Source: Octopus bimaculoides | Lineage: Eukaryota | Length of the DNA stretch: 64,000 bases | Assembly: GCF_001194135.2 (NCBI RefSeq) | Contig: NC_068989.1 | Coordinates: 71,407,456-71,471,455, forward strand | Direction: 5' to 3' | Part shown: piece by piece, positions 52,177 through 64,000 of the stretch | Layout of the letters: each line of letters opens with the position of its first letter | How positions within the stretch are numbered: the first letter of the stretch is position 1 | The notes under the pieces: generated by a model | The model's database searches: none | The model's input: only the letters and a program-made list of their open reading frames with translations | Told to the model about the DNA's origin: nothing | Program-made: the position numbers and the translations under genes

Positions 52177-55010
52177 TGAGGAGTATACACTGTAAGAGTG
52201 CGTCGCTGCATCCCCCATTTGTTGGTGATTCCCTACTATTTCTGATGAATGACACTTCTACACCACTCAGGCAACAACCCTCCAACCCATGGGTCTGTTT
52301 TGGGTAGTTGTTGTTACTGGTGAGGCTTTTACGAGGCTGGAGTGCAACTCCTACCTCAAGCTCTTTTAGTTGCCGTTTTTTCATGACATGCAGAGGAAAC
52401 ACTGGGTCCGTTCTTCGACGTGCCAGTCTCCACATAACACAATATAGAATTAACATCGTAAAAATATAAAGTCTCTGATAAACAGATGTTGTTGTCATTG
52501 TTGTTGTTGTTGTTGTTGTTATTGTTGTCAATTGTTCATGTTATAATTTAGTCATTCCCAGAGTCGAGCAGATCCCACGATCAAAGCCATAGAAACCGTG
52601 ACCGATTCCTGTCATTTAGTGTATCTGGGACTACATTATTATTATTACAATCGAGCCGGTTTGATATGGGTAAAAGAACACGACAAAATAAAAAAATTTT
52701 AAAAAAACACGAAAGAAAGAGCAAAAAAAACAAAAACATGATGAGGCATGCGTGCATGGTTGAAAAGGTTGATATAAATTAATGATGTAGAATAGTCGCA
52801 AGCGAAAGATAGGTCTTGAAATGATGTGGTTAGATCAAACCTTAAAAAGTTGGATTGCAAAGATAAAATGGTGTAGTATTAAAATGCATGAAAGGATAGT
52901 GGGGGTGGCGGAAGGAGTGATAGTTGTAGTGGTGGTAGCAGTAATGGTGGTGGTAGCAGTAATGGTGGTGGTAGTGGTGGTGGTAATGAGTGTGGCGGTA
53001 TTAGTAGTGGTAGTAGAAGTAGTGGTGGTGGTGGTAGTAGTGGTTGTGGTAGCGGTAGCAGTGGTGGCAGTAGCGATTGTTGTTGTGATGGTGGTGGTAG
53101 TAGTGATTGTTGTTGTGATGGTGATGGTAGTAGCGATTGTTGTTGTGATAGTGGTGGTAGTAGCAGGGATAGTGGTGGTAGTGGTGGTAGCCCGGGTATA
53201 CTGCAGACCCACCCGAATTATGGAAGCATGGAAAAAGAGCATTAAAGGATGCTTATGTGGGTGCACGTGTCATGCGTTTGCTTGTGTGTGTGTGTGTGTG
53301 TGTGTGTGGTTGTACGGGTATGTGTGTATGCATGATTATGCATGAGTGTATCTGTGGTATTTTAGTGTGTGTGTGTGTGTGTGTATGCATATATGGTTAT
53401 GTTGGCACATGTGGGATATAAATGTGCATGTATGTTTGTGTGAGAGTGTCTGGTTTATAAGTGTGTGTATGTGCATGCATGCTTGTGTGTGTGCGTGTCT
53501 GTGTGTTTATACATGGCCATGTGTGCACATGTAGGTATAAATGCATGTATGGTTTAGTGAGTGGGAGGGTATATGTGTATGTGTATATGTGTGTGTGTGC
53601 ATGTCTATACATATGTGTGCAAGAAAATATATGTATGTGGAGAGGTACATGTGTACGTAAGCTTAAATACATGTGTAGTTATGTGTGTATATCTATATGC
53701 ATGTGCATACACACACACACACACACACACACATATAATGAGAATGTGTGTGAGGAGCGGGGGAGTATCTGTGATGATAACAAGCCGGGAAGTTTATTGA
53801 TTAGGGTTTTTTTTCTTGCTTTTTTTACTATTGTTTTTCTATTTGATTATTAATTTATTTTGCTTATTCTTTTTCTTCAACTTAACTCGATGCAAATAAA
53901 TAAATATATAGATAAATAAATATATACTGGGTCCACACACAAACATACACATATATCTATATCTATATATAAACATACATATATATATAAANNNNNNNNN
54001 NNNNNNNNNNNNNNNNNNNNNNNNNNNNNNNNNNNNNNNNNNNNNNNNNNNNNNNNNNNNNNNNNNNNNNNNNNNNNNNNNNNNNNNNNNNNNNNNNNNN
54101 NNNNNNNNNNNNNNNNNNNNNNNNNNNNNNNNNNNNNNNNNNNNNNNNNNNNNNNNNNNNNNNNNNNNNNNNNNNNNNNNNNNNNNNNNNNNNNNNNNNN
54201 NNNNNNNNNNNNNNNNNNNNNNNNNNNNNNNNNNNNNNNNNNNNNNNNNNNNNNNNNNNNNNNNNNNNNNNNNNNNNNNNNNNNNNNNNNNNNNNNNNNN
54301 NNNNNNNNNNNNNNNNNNNNNNNNNNNNNNNNNNNNNNNNNNNNNNNNNNNNNNNNNNNNNNNNNNNNNNNNNNNNNNNNNNNNNNNNNNNNNNNNNNNN
54401 NNNNNNNNNNNNNNNNNNNNNNNNNNNNNNNNNNNNNNNNNNNNNNNNNNNNNNNNNNNNNNNNNNNNNNNNNNNNNNNNNNNNNNNNNNNNNNNNNNNN
54501 NNNNNNNNNNNNNNNNNNNNNNNNNNNNNNNNNNNNNNNNNNNNNNNNNNNNNNNNNNNNNNNNNNNNNNNNNNNNNNNNNNNNNNNNNNNNNNNNNNNN
54601 NNNNNNNNNNNNNNNNNNNNNNNNNNNNNNNNNNNNNNNNNNNNNNNNNNNNNNNNNNNNNNNNNNNNNNNNNNNNNNNAACATACTATAGACAAAAACA
54701 TCCTTTCAGCAAATATTCAAAGAGGAAAACAAAAAAGAAAAATCCACAAAAACAACAAAAATAAACCTTCTGTAACCTCTCCATCTCCACCCCTTCTTAA
54801 TTCCCACCCCACTATCTTCCTCTCTACCTCTATCACATACTTTCTTTCTATCTATTTATCTATTTATCTCTGAATACAGCAGATACAGAAAAGAACTTTT
54901 CTTTTCCGTTTCCCCTTTTATTTTGTTCTTTTTTTTTTGTTTGGCATTCATAGAAAAAAAAAAAAGCAAAAAACAAAAAACGGAATCTAAATAAATGCAA
55001 GGATTTGCAG

Positions 55011-55134
55011 GTTTCATGTTGTGACAATGTGTCAAAGAGGTGAAAGATGTTTGAAAATAATACAGGACAAAATGTCAAGAACGAAGGAAAAGTCACTGAG
55101 GGTGTTCCTGTTCCTGTTCCTGTCCCTGATGTGT
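55011..55134 (+). CDS. Candidate exon encoding a signal-peptide or anchor-like segment
   Basis: TTTGCAG acceptor, open frame FHVVTMCQRGERCLKIIQDKMSRTKEKSLRVFLFLFLSLMC, strong donor GT|GTAAGC at 55135. Confidence 0.35.
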
Positions 55135-55271
55135 GTAAGCACCACCTCCGACTCCAAACTATAATGAGCTCATGTAATATATACAACGAGTGGATATGGA
55201 AGGCAGTTTAAACAACAATTAAAATATGGAAGACCATAAGTCTCAAAGTGAATTGAACTTAGATGATTAGG

Positions 55272-55690
55272 TGCAGGCATGGCTGTGTGGTAAGAAGCTT
55301 GCTTCCCAACCACATGATTCTGGGTTCAGTCCCTCTGCATGGCATCTTGGGCAAGTGTCATCTACTATAGCTTCAGGCCAAGCAAAGCTTTGTGAGTGAA
55401 ATTAGTAGACAGANNNNNNNNNNNNNNNNNNNNNNNNNNNNNNNNNNNNNNNNNNNNNNNNNNNNNNNNNNNNNNNNNNNNNNNNNNNNNNNNNNNNNNN
55501 NNNNNNNNNNNNNNNNNNNNNNNNNNNNNNNNNNCTGTAACTTAGTGGTTTGGCAAAAGAGATTTGATAGAATAAGTAGCAAGCTTTAAAATAAAGTACT
55601 GAGGTCGATTTGTTCAACTAAATATTCTTCAAGACGATGCCCTAGCATGGCCATAGTTTAATGACTGAAACAAGTAAACAATAAAAGAAG
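55272..55690 (+). mobile_element. SINE family A copy (gapped)
   Basis: Family A head and tail. Confidence 0.8.
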
Positions 55691-56716
55691 ATTCTTTTAT
55701 AACAAGACTAAGAAATAGATCTGTTGTGACGTCTAGGAGTTATAAACCAGAGCTTAACCTTGGTTTCAATGGTGTTGGAGTGACAGAGATTACAAGACTT
55801 ATCCCCTGAATGGGATGCTAGTCCATTGTAGCGTTAACTTCCTAGTTATTGGCAGAACTTATTTTTGTGGCTTCCTGGATTGAAGCAATGTCAAATGAAG
55901 TGTTTTGTTGAAGAATACAATGCACCACCCAGTCTCAGAATCGAAACCATGTTCTTAACTTCAACCACTATGCCACATGCAAGGAAGACTAAAAATAAAA
56001 TAAAATAAAATCAATACGCAAAAAAATGTGAAAATACAAAGAAATAAGCTCTTTTTCTTTGTTCCATTTATTCATTAATTTAATTTTTCTTTTTTGCGGT
56101 TTTTCTCAAATTGCAAGTAAATTAAATAAATTTTCTTCAAGAAGTGTTATTTTGGGAATCAGAAAACAAAATAAATGCTTTTACAAGTTGAAACTTGATT
56201 TGATTATTTCGTTATTTTGAAAGATAACCATCTGAGTAGTATACTCTGAAAATCTTGGAGCAGGATTTTCTTATCTAACTGAAAGTTTCAAGAATCTAAT
56301 GCTTCTTTTGAATGAAGGCAAGGCTGTGTGGTTAAGAAGTTTTGCTTCCCAACCATGTGGTTTTAAGTTCAGTCCCATTGCATAGTACTTTAGGCAAGTG
56401 TTTTCTATAATAGCCCCAGGCCAACCAAAGCTTTGTGAGTGGATTTGGTCAACAGAAACTGAAAGAAGCCCTTTGTATATCAAAACAGGATCAAAGGTCC
56501 TTGTTGAGTCATAGGCTCACAAGGCTGGTCCACTGGTCCATCACAGGATTACTCATTTTTTNNNNNNNNNNNNNNNNNNNNNNNNNNNNNNNNNNNNNNN
56601 NNNNNNNNNNNNNNNNNNNNNNNNNNNNNNNNNNNNNNNNNNNNNNNNNNNNNNNNNNNNNNNNNNNNNNNNNNNNNNNNNNNNNNNNNNNNNNNNNNNN
56701 NNNNNNNNNNNNNNNN

Positions 56717-56761
<45 letters not shown>

Positions 56762-57140
56762 AGTGCATTTAGCATCATCCTCATCATTGTTTTAACACTG
56801 ACTTTTCAATGCTCAAAGACAATATTCAATGAAGCAAATTTTCTATGGCTGGATGCCCTTCCTATTGCTAACCATCACCTGTTTCAGAGTTAGGTAATAT
56901 CTCCCCTTGGGCAAAAACACACACACACACACACACACCAAAGAAAGAACAGCTCTAATTTTATATACATATACTTATAAAATGGAGACGAACACCATTC
57001 CTCCAAGGGATCAGCTTGAAAAATTGTTAACATATTAAGATATTTTCTTAACATGAAACCAATGGTAGCCTAATACACAAATAAAGAATCTTTATCCCCC
57101 AATGTGGTGTTGAGCACTCATTCTCATTGTTTGACATTTA

Positions 57141-57516
57141 CGCAGGTGTGGCTGTGTGGTAAGAAGCTTGCTTCCCAACCACATGGTTCTGGGTTCAGTC
57201 CCACTGCATGGCACCTTGGTCAAATGTCTTCTACTATAAACCGGGGCTGATCAAAGCCTTTGTGATAGCATTTGGTAGACGGAAACTGAAAGAAGCCTGT
57301 CGTATATTTATATATGCATATATCTATGTGTGTGTGTTTTTGTGTCTGTCTTTGTTCCCCCATCATTGCTTGGCAACCGGTGTAGGTTTGTTTACACCTC
57401 TGATAGAACAAGTACTAGGCTAAAAAATAAATGCTGGGGTTGAATTGTTCAGCAAAAAATACTTCGAGGTGCTCCAGCATGGCCACAGTCAAATGACTGA
57501 AACAAGTAAAATAAAA
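57141..57516 (+). mobile_element. SINE family A copy
   Basis: Family A head, core and tail; further partial copies at ~200-290, 9955-10100, 13830-13930, 14395-14545, 18030-18175, 37370-37530, 46610-46740, 50020-50180, 56320-56470. Confidence 0.85.
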
Positions 57517-58367
57517 TACACACACACACACACACAAACACAGCACAGCTACATCATAGTTTCTAGTTACCAAATTCTAGTTACCAAATTCTAGTTAACA
57601 AGATGTTAATTGATCTGAAGTCAAGGCAAGAGATGCTGAAGGTGCTGGGATCAAACCTGAAATAACATGATTGAATTTCTTAAACTACACAGCTTTGCGT
57701 ACCACAGAACTACTACAACAAGGGAATCATGCTGAAGATAAAAATAAGCTTGGAATAAAACAGCCTGAGGAAGAAGAGAACTAGCTTTTCCTCTGACTGT
57801 GCTCAGCTTATGATACTTTTGTCAAAGCAGGTTGCACTTGCATATCAAATATGGTATTTATATAATTGAATGTAGATATTCTTGTGATAAAGTTTTAATT
57901 AAAATGTCACTCAGAAACTTTATGTTACAGAGAGGTAAAAAGGAAAGGAAATCAATTCTGTGTGTATGTGTGTGAGAGAGAGAGAGAGTGATAGTGATAG
58001 GGGGACAGAGAGAGAAGGACAGACAGACAGACAGAGACAGGGTATACTTGTATAGAATTATGTGTGTACAGGGCATGTGTGAGGGGAAAAAAGACTGAGG
58101 AATAAGATTATAACTTGAATACAAATGGTCACATTAATACTATGTGAAATATAAATAGATTTGTATGTGTGTGTGTGTGTCTGCACATATGTATGTGTGT
58201 GTGTGTTGTGTATATATGCATATATGCACATCTATATATAATTACAATTATGCAGATATACAATATGCATACATATATATATCTATTTATATATATATAT
58301 ATATATATTTGTACTGTACCTATATACACATATATATATATATGCATGAATAGATAAATATAGATAT

Positions 58368-59538
58368 CATCATCATCATCATCATCGTTGTTTAACATCC
58401 GCTTTCCATGCTGGCATGAGTTGGACAGTTTGACTGGCGGCTGGCAAGCCAGAAGGCTGCAACAGGCTCCAATCCAATCTGGTAAGGTTTCTACAGCTGG
58501 ATGCCCTTCCTAATGCCAATCACTCTGAGAGTGTAGTGGGTGCTTTTTACATGCCACCGGCACGAGGGCCAGTCAGGTGGCACTCGCATCGGCCATGCTC
58601 GAATGGTACTTTTTACGTGCCACAGGTACAAGTGCCAATCAGGCGGTAGTGTTATCAGCCACGACAACGACTTCACTTGCCTCAACAGGTCTTCGCAAGC
58701 ACAGTTTATTACCCAATGATTGACGAGAACTCTCAAATGGGCTGGTTATGTTGCACTGACATAGTCCACGGTTACGGTCTCACTTGGCTTGCTGGGTCTT
58801 CTCAAGCACAGCACATCTCCAAAGGTCTCGGTCACTTGCCATCGCCTCGGTGAGGCCGAACATTCAAAGGTTGTGCTTCACCACCTCATTCCAGATCTTC
58901 CTGGGTCTACCTCTTCCACAGGTTCTCTCTACTGCTAGGGTGTGACACTTCATCACACAGCTGTCCTTATTCATATGTAACACATGACCATACCAGCGCA
59001 GTCGTCTCTCTCTTGCACACCAAATCTGATGCTTCTTATGTCCGACTTTTCTCTCAGGGTACTTATACTCTATCATGTATGTACAATGACATTACACATC
59101 CAGCGGAGCATACTAGCTTCATTCCTTGCAAGCTTACACATGTCTTCAGCAGCCACAGCCCATGTTTCACTGCCATGTAGCATGGCTGTTTGCACACATG
59201 CATCATACAGTCACCTTTTACTCTGAGCGAGAGGCTCTTTGTCACCAGCAGAGGTAGGAGCTCTCTGACTTTGCCCAGGCTATTCTTATTCTAGCAGCTA
59301 CAACCTCAGAGCAAACACCCCCGCTACTGACTTAGTCACCTAGGTAATGGAAGCTATCAACTACTTGTAGTTTTTCCCCTGGAATGTGACAGAAACCGTT
59401 TTCCGCACATTTTCAGTGATTATTGCCCCTGAGCATTTTCCACACACAAAAACTATCTTTCCAGTTAGCCTTCCTTTGATATTACTGCAACTCTTGTGTC
59501 CATAGCTTACACCGGGTACATCTTATGGAGTTTCTACC
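58368..59538 (-). mobile_element. 5'-truncated RTE-clade LINE (ORF C-terminal region, 3' UTR, (GAT)n tail), frameshifted
   Basis: Translations QVVDSFHYLGD*VSSGGVCSEVVAARIRIAWAK, LLVTKSLSLRVKG and RRLRWYGHVLHMNKDSCVMKCHTLAVERTCGRGRPRKIWNEVVKHNL; 3' UTR ends GGATGTTAAACAAC(GAT)n. Confidence 0.9.
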
Positions 59539-60079
59539 TATACTTTTTCTACAGATCAAGCAGGGCCATCATCTACATGGAGGGATATATATTTGTGGTC
59601 ATTGTTGGTATCATGTAAATGGCACCTGTGCCAGTGGCACATTAAAGCACCCATTACACTCCTGGAGTGGTTGGCATTAGGAAGGGCATCCTGCCATAGA
59701 AACCATGCCAAATCAGACTGGAACCTGGTGCAGCTCTCTGGCTCATCAGCTCCAGTCAAACTGTCTAACCCATGCCAGCATGTAGAGCAGACATTAAATG
59801 ATGATGATAATGATGTTTACACACATACAATTATATGTGTGTATGTGTGTGCATGTAAGTATGTATATACTTATGTACATTACATGATAGTGCAGCTCAG
59901 TAGACCATCAGTTACTACTATAACCTGAACTACAAAAGTGTCAACCCTAGGAGGGGTCTATTATTTCATTTGTTTTTTATACATGTTGTCAAAAGTTAAT
60001 TTAAAAATACATATTTGGGAAAGAATTGTGAAATTGATTTCATCTGCAAGATACTTCTCACTCTCTCTCCTCTGTGTGC

Positions 60080-60110
<31 letters not shown>

Positions 60111-61114
60111 CTTCTCTCCCTCTCTGCCAAATTTAGAACCACCAAGAGATATTCTGAGATCTGCACAATATTCCCTGGCGGAACACCAACCAAACCGTAT
60201 TTTTCTCCCTTGCAAATTCTTCTGGCTGTTGCCAAAGAGAAGAAGAAATTTATCAGCCATTATTCAGTTTCCTTCTTTTGTTTAATTGTTAATTTCTTTT
60301 TGTTTTATTTTTTCTAATTTTTTTTCACTTATTATTTTTGGTTTTCACATGAGGGGTGGGAGTGAGGGCCAAGCGCTTGTTCTTAATGTTTTTTCTTCTT
60401 CATTTCCTTCGTAGCCGCAGTATCTCCACCACCTCCATGTTAGCATTTTTCCCTTGTTGCTTAGCACTTTCATCTTTGTAATAATAGTATAAAAGAAAAT
60501 AGTAATGATGGTGGTGGTGATGATGATGAGGATGATGATGATGATGAAAAGGAAGAAACAATGTGAAAAGAAAGAATGGGACGAGAAGGAGAGATATAGA
60601 GAGAAAGGGAGTAGAGAATAAAGAAGAGAAGAATCAGGAATAAAAGAGAGAAAAGTGAACGAAAGAGAAACCAAAATAGAGAGAGAGAAAGAGAGAGATA
60701 AAAGAATAGAGAGGGGGAAAGGAGGAGAGGCTATCAGAGATAGAGAGAGAAAAGAGAGAGTAAGGAACAGATAGAGAAAAGGAACAGAGAAGGAGAGTGA
60801 ACAAAGTGAAAGAAAGAGAGGGGGAGGAGGGAGGGAGAGTGAAAGAATAACTACTTTTCTTGTTAGCTAATATTTTTGTAAGAAAGAATATCAGAATATT
60901 TAAATTGGGAAAGAGAGTGAGAGGGAAAAGGAGAGAAAGATAGGATAAAGGGCAAGGAAGAGAGAGAGGGAGAGTGGAACAAGAGTGAGAGAGGACTAAA
61001 GAGAAAAAGACAGGAAGAGAGAGAGAGAGAGAGAGAGAGAAAAGAGACAGAGAGTGGAAGGGATTATATGTATGTATATACATATACAAACATATGTGTG
61101 TGTGTGGGTATGTA

Positions 61115-61169
<55 letters not shown>

Positions 61170-62289
61170 NNNNNNNNNNNNNNNNNNNNNNNNNNNNNNN
61201 NNNNNNNNNNNNNNNNNNNNNNNNNNNNNNNNNNNNNNNNNNNNNNNNNNNNNNNNNNNNNNNNNNNNNNNNNNNNNNNNNNNNNNNNNNNNNNNNNNNN
61301 NNNNNNNNNNNNNNNNNNNNNNNNNNNNNNNNNNNNNNNNNNNNNNNNNNNNNNNNNNNNNNNNNNNNNNNNNNNNNNNNNNNNNNNNNNNNNNNNNNNN
61401 NNNNNNNNNNNNNNNNNNNNNNNNNNNNNNNNNNNNNNNNNNNNNNNNNNNNNNNNNNNNNNNNNNNNNNNNNNNNNNNNNNNNNNNNNNNNNNNNNNNN
61501 NNNNNNNNNNNNNNNNNNNNNNNNNNNNNNNNNNNNNNNNNNNNNNNNNNNNNNNNNNNNNNNNNNNNNNNNNNNNNNNNNNNNNNNNNNNNNNNNNNNN
61601 NNNNNNNNNNNNNNNNNNNNNNNNNNNNNNNNNNNNNNNNNNNNNNNNNNNNNNNNNNNNNNNNNNNNNNNNNNNNNNNNNNNNNNNNNNNNNNNNNNNN
61701 NNNNNNNNNNNNNNNNNNNNNNNNNNNNNNNNNNNNNNNNNNNNNNNNNNNNNNNNNNNNNNNNNNNNNNNNNNNNNNNNNNNNNNNNNNNNNNNNNNNN
61801 NNNNNNNNNNNNNNNNNNNNNNNNNNNNNNNNNNNNNNNNNNNNNNNNNNNNNNNNNNNNNNNNNNNNNNNNNNNNNNNNNNNNNNNNNNNNNNNNNNNN
61901 NNNNNNNNNNNNNNNNNNNGGTGTTTTTGCTCAATAAACACTCACAAGGCCCGGTCTGGGAATCGAAACCGCGATCCTATGAGCGCGAGTCCGCTGCCCT
62001 AACCACTGGGCCATTGCGCCTCCACATGTCAATAGAAATATGGTAACAAAAGGGTTGTGTGAATGCGCATGCATATGTGCATGTGCATGTGTGCGCCTAT
62101 TTATTTGTCTTCAGATCGAATCAGAAGTGACCATAATTATGCTGTCAGGAATGAATGAATGAGGAGACACAAAATCTGGAAGTTGCAGCGCAGACAAGCC
62201 ACCTAAAAGACCAGTAACTCTGAAATAAAACTGATGCAGGGCAGAACATTAGTCTTGAATTGTAGTTCTGATTTCTGGCACAGACAATT

Positions 62290-62531
62290 CCAATGGTTCT
62301 CAACTAGGGCTCATATGACCCTCGGGGGGTCCATGTAAGATGTTATTCTTAGAATTTGTTAGGTGCAGTAAACTGGTTATGTTTCTACCATGCACATAAT
62401 ATTTCAATTTTTTATTGCAATTCCTAATAATATTTGAACAAAAACAAAATAGGATATTTAGACATCAAGAGGCTATGAGTAAAAGAGGAATCAAAGGGGT
62501 CCATAGGCAAAAAATGGTTGAGAACCACAGC
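62290..62531. mobile_element. hAT-like MITE, same family as 32957-33320
   Basis: CAATGGTTCTCAAC ... GGTTGAGAACCACAG termini; shared GGGGTCCAT internal motifs. Confidence 0.7.
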
Positions 62532-62533
62532 TC

Positions 62534-62755
62534 TACAAGGGGGTGCTGCAAAAGTTCCTGGCTTTAAGGGTATTACAAAAGGCTTGGTTGGAGGCCCAAC
62601 CTTCCAAGTTCTTTTATAGGACTTAGAAAAACTGAAGGACCACTGCAATAAGCAAGTGGATCTGAGAGGGGAATATGTTGAATAAAGTCATGATTAACTG
62701 ATCCTCCTGTATTTTTCTTCACTTGAACCCAGGAACTTTTCAGCAGCCACTTGTA
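62534..62755 (+). mobile_element. Mariner-derived MITE, copy 2
   Basis: TA-CAAGGGGGTGCTGCAAAAGTTCCTGG ... CCAGGAACTTTTCAGCAGCCACTTG-TA; internal LEKLKDHCNKQVDLRGEYVE*. Confidence 0.85.
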
Positions 62756-63114
62756 GAGCCAATGATATGATAAAAGGTACCCAATCCTTGCTCTAAAGTG
62801 GTTGGGAACAGAAAGAGCACTCAGCTGTAAAAATGAAATAAACATATGCCAAAATACATAACATTCAACAATACATAACCAACAAATGATGGTGCTTTGC
62901 CTTTGTTGCAGTGGGTGCTCAATGATGAAGGACTGCAGCAGACTGTGGAGATGCTGTGAGACCCAGCCAACTCATGCCAACATGGCAAAATGGACATTTG
63001 ATGAGGGTCATGAATACAGGCATGTATGTATGTATGTATGTATGTATGTATGTATGTATGTATGCATGTATTGACTGATGGATGGATGTGCATATCGTTA
63101 CATGAGTGTGTGAG

Positions 63115-63335
63115 TATTTATTTCTTTATTGCCCACAGGGGGCTAAACAAGGATAGACAAAGGGATTAAGTCGACTACATCGACCTCAGTGCTTAACTGG
63201 TATTTATTTAATCGGCCCTGAAAGGATGAAAGGCAAAGTTGACCTCAGTGGAATTTGAACTCAGAACGTAAAGACAGACGAAATACCACTAAGCATTTCG
63301 CCTGGCATGCTAATGATTCTGCCAGCACACCACCC
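63115..63335 (-). mobile_element. SINE family B (tRNA-headed, with GCCTTTCATCCTTTC.GGG.CGAT.AA.TAA.TACCAG core)
   Basis: Head GCTGGCAGAATC.TTAGCA..GAGTTCAAATTCC; core recalled as similar to a conserved SINE central domain (not verified). Confidence 0.8.
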
Positions 63336-63563
63336 TTTTGAGTATATGTATTGACCAATGTGTGTGTATATAATGTGTGTGTAGGAGGCAAGCATAGCAG
63401 AGAAAATAAAAGAATGGAACTAAATATCAATGATACTGCTTTTCATCATCCAAAAAAGTGTAAATGCAAACACAAACATATATATACCCAAATATAAAAT
63501 TATTACATGTATATACGTATGTATGTTTGTGTGTTTATATATATATATATATGGCATTTGACA

Positions 63564-63709
63564 TTTTCTTCTGATGAGGGTGGCCTGGCTTCATTTAATG
63601 GATCCATAAAAATTTATCTTATATACACTTATGAGATCATAGGTCTGTACTAGGTATGAATGTGATTACAACATAAGCCATGGTTCATCCGAAACAGCTG
63701 TCAAGATAA
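63564..63709 (+). ncRNA. Type I hammerhead ribozyme motif with palindromic stem III and extended stem II
   Basis: Stem I TCTT/AAGA, CTGATGA 63571-63577, stem II GGGTGGCCTGGCTT (63578-63591) pairing with AAGCCATGGTTCATCC (63675-63690), GAAA 63691-63694, C-AGCT-G, GTC cleavage triplet ending 63702. Confidence 0.75.
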
Positions 63710-64000
63710 GACTATTATGTAACTCACTTCATTTACTTTGTTTCTTCAGTCTGTTCTCTGTAATTTGTAATTCTGTGTGAATATATGCATTAAGCATACA
63801 TGTGTTTATCTGCCTTTCTCCTAATGTATGTGTGCATGTGTGTGTGTGTGTCTATGTATCTATCTCCCTCGCCTACACTTGTTGTTGCTATTTAGCCATA
63901 GTCCACCATGACCATTCCATCAATTTTTCTATTTTTAAAATTTTCTCACAGGCAGGCCTATATGTAGAACCATATTATTCAATATGATGATATCACCTTC

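Noticed and set aside
57548-57598. TTCTAGTTACCAAA x3
   Set aside because: Local slippage of a SINE-derived motif

Overview
AT-rich, repeat-dominated animal genomic DNA from a gappy draft scaffold (about 7 kb of N). The repeat complement (several tRNA-headed SINE families, RTE-clade LINE relics ending in (GAT)n, very dense CA/TA/TAA/GAT microsatellites) resembles Octopus-type coleoid assemblies; this assignment is inference. No recognisable intact protein-coding gene is present: nearly all track ORFs are microsatellite or N-gap artefacts. Supported features: RTE LINE fragments, three R4/Dong-type restriction-like-endonuclease fragments (two abutting (TAA)n), mariner, hAT-like and piggyBac-like MITEs, a 400-bp foldback, a decayed 5S rRNA copy, and a few unique islands with splice signals that may be + strand exons of an unidentified host gene. 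The most interesting signals are RNA-level: a ~410-bp insertion with a 10-bp target duplication carrying two minimal hammerhead ribozyme motifs 288 bp apart with Pol III-like boxes between them (51287-51695); an intact-core hammerhead with a palindromic stem III and a very long stem II loop (63564-63709); and a twister-like motif in the RTE 3' UTR that is copied across the window.
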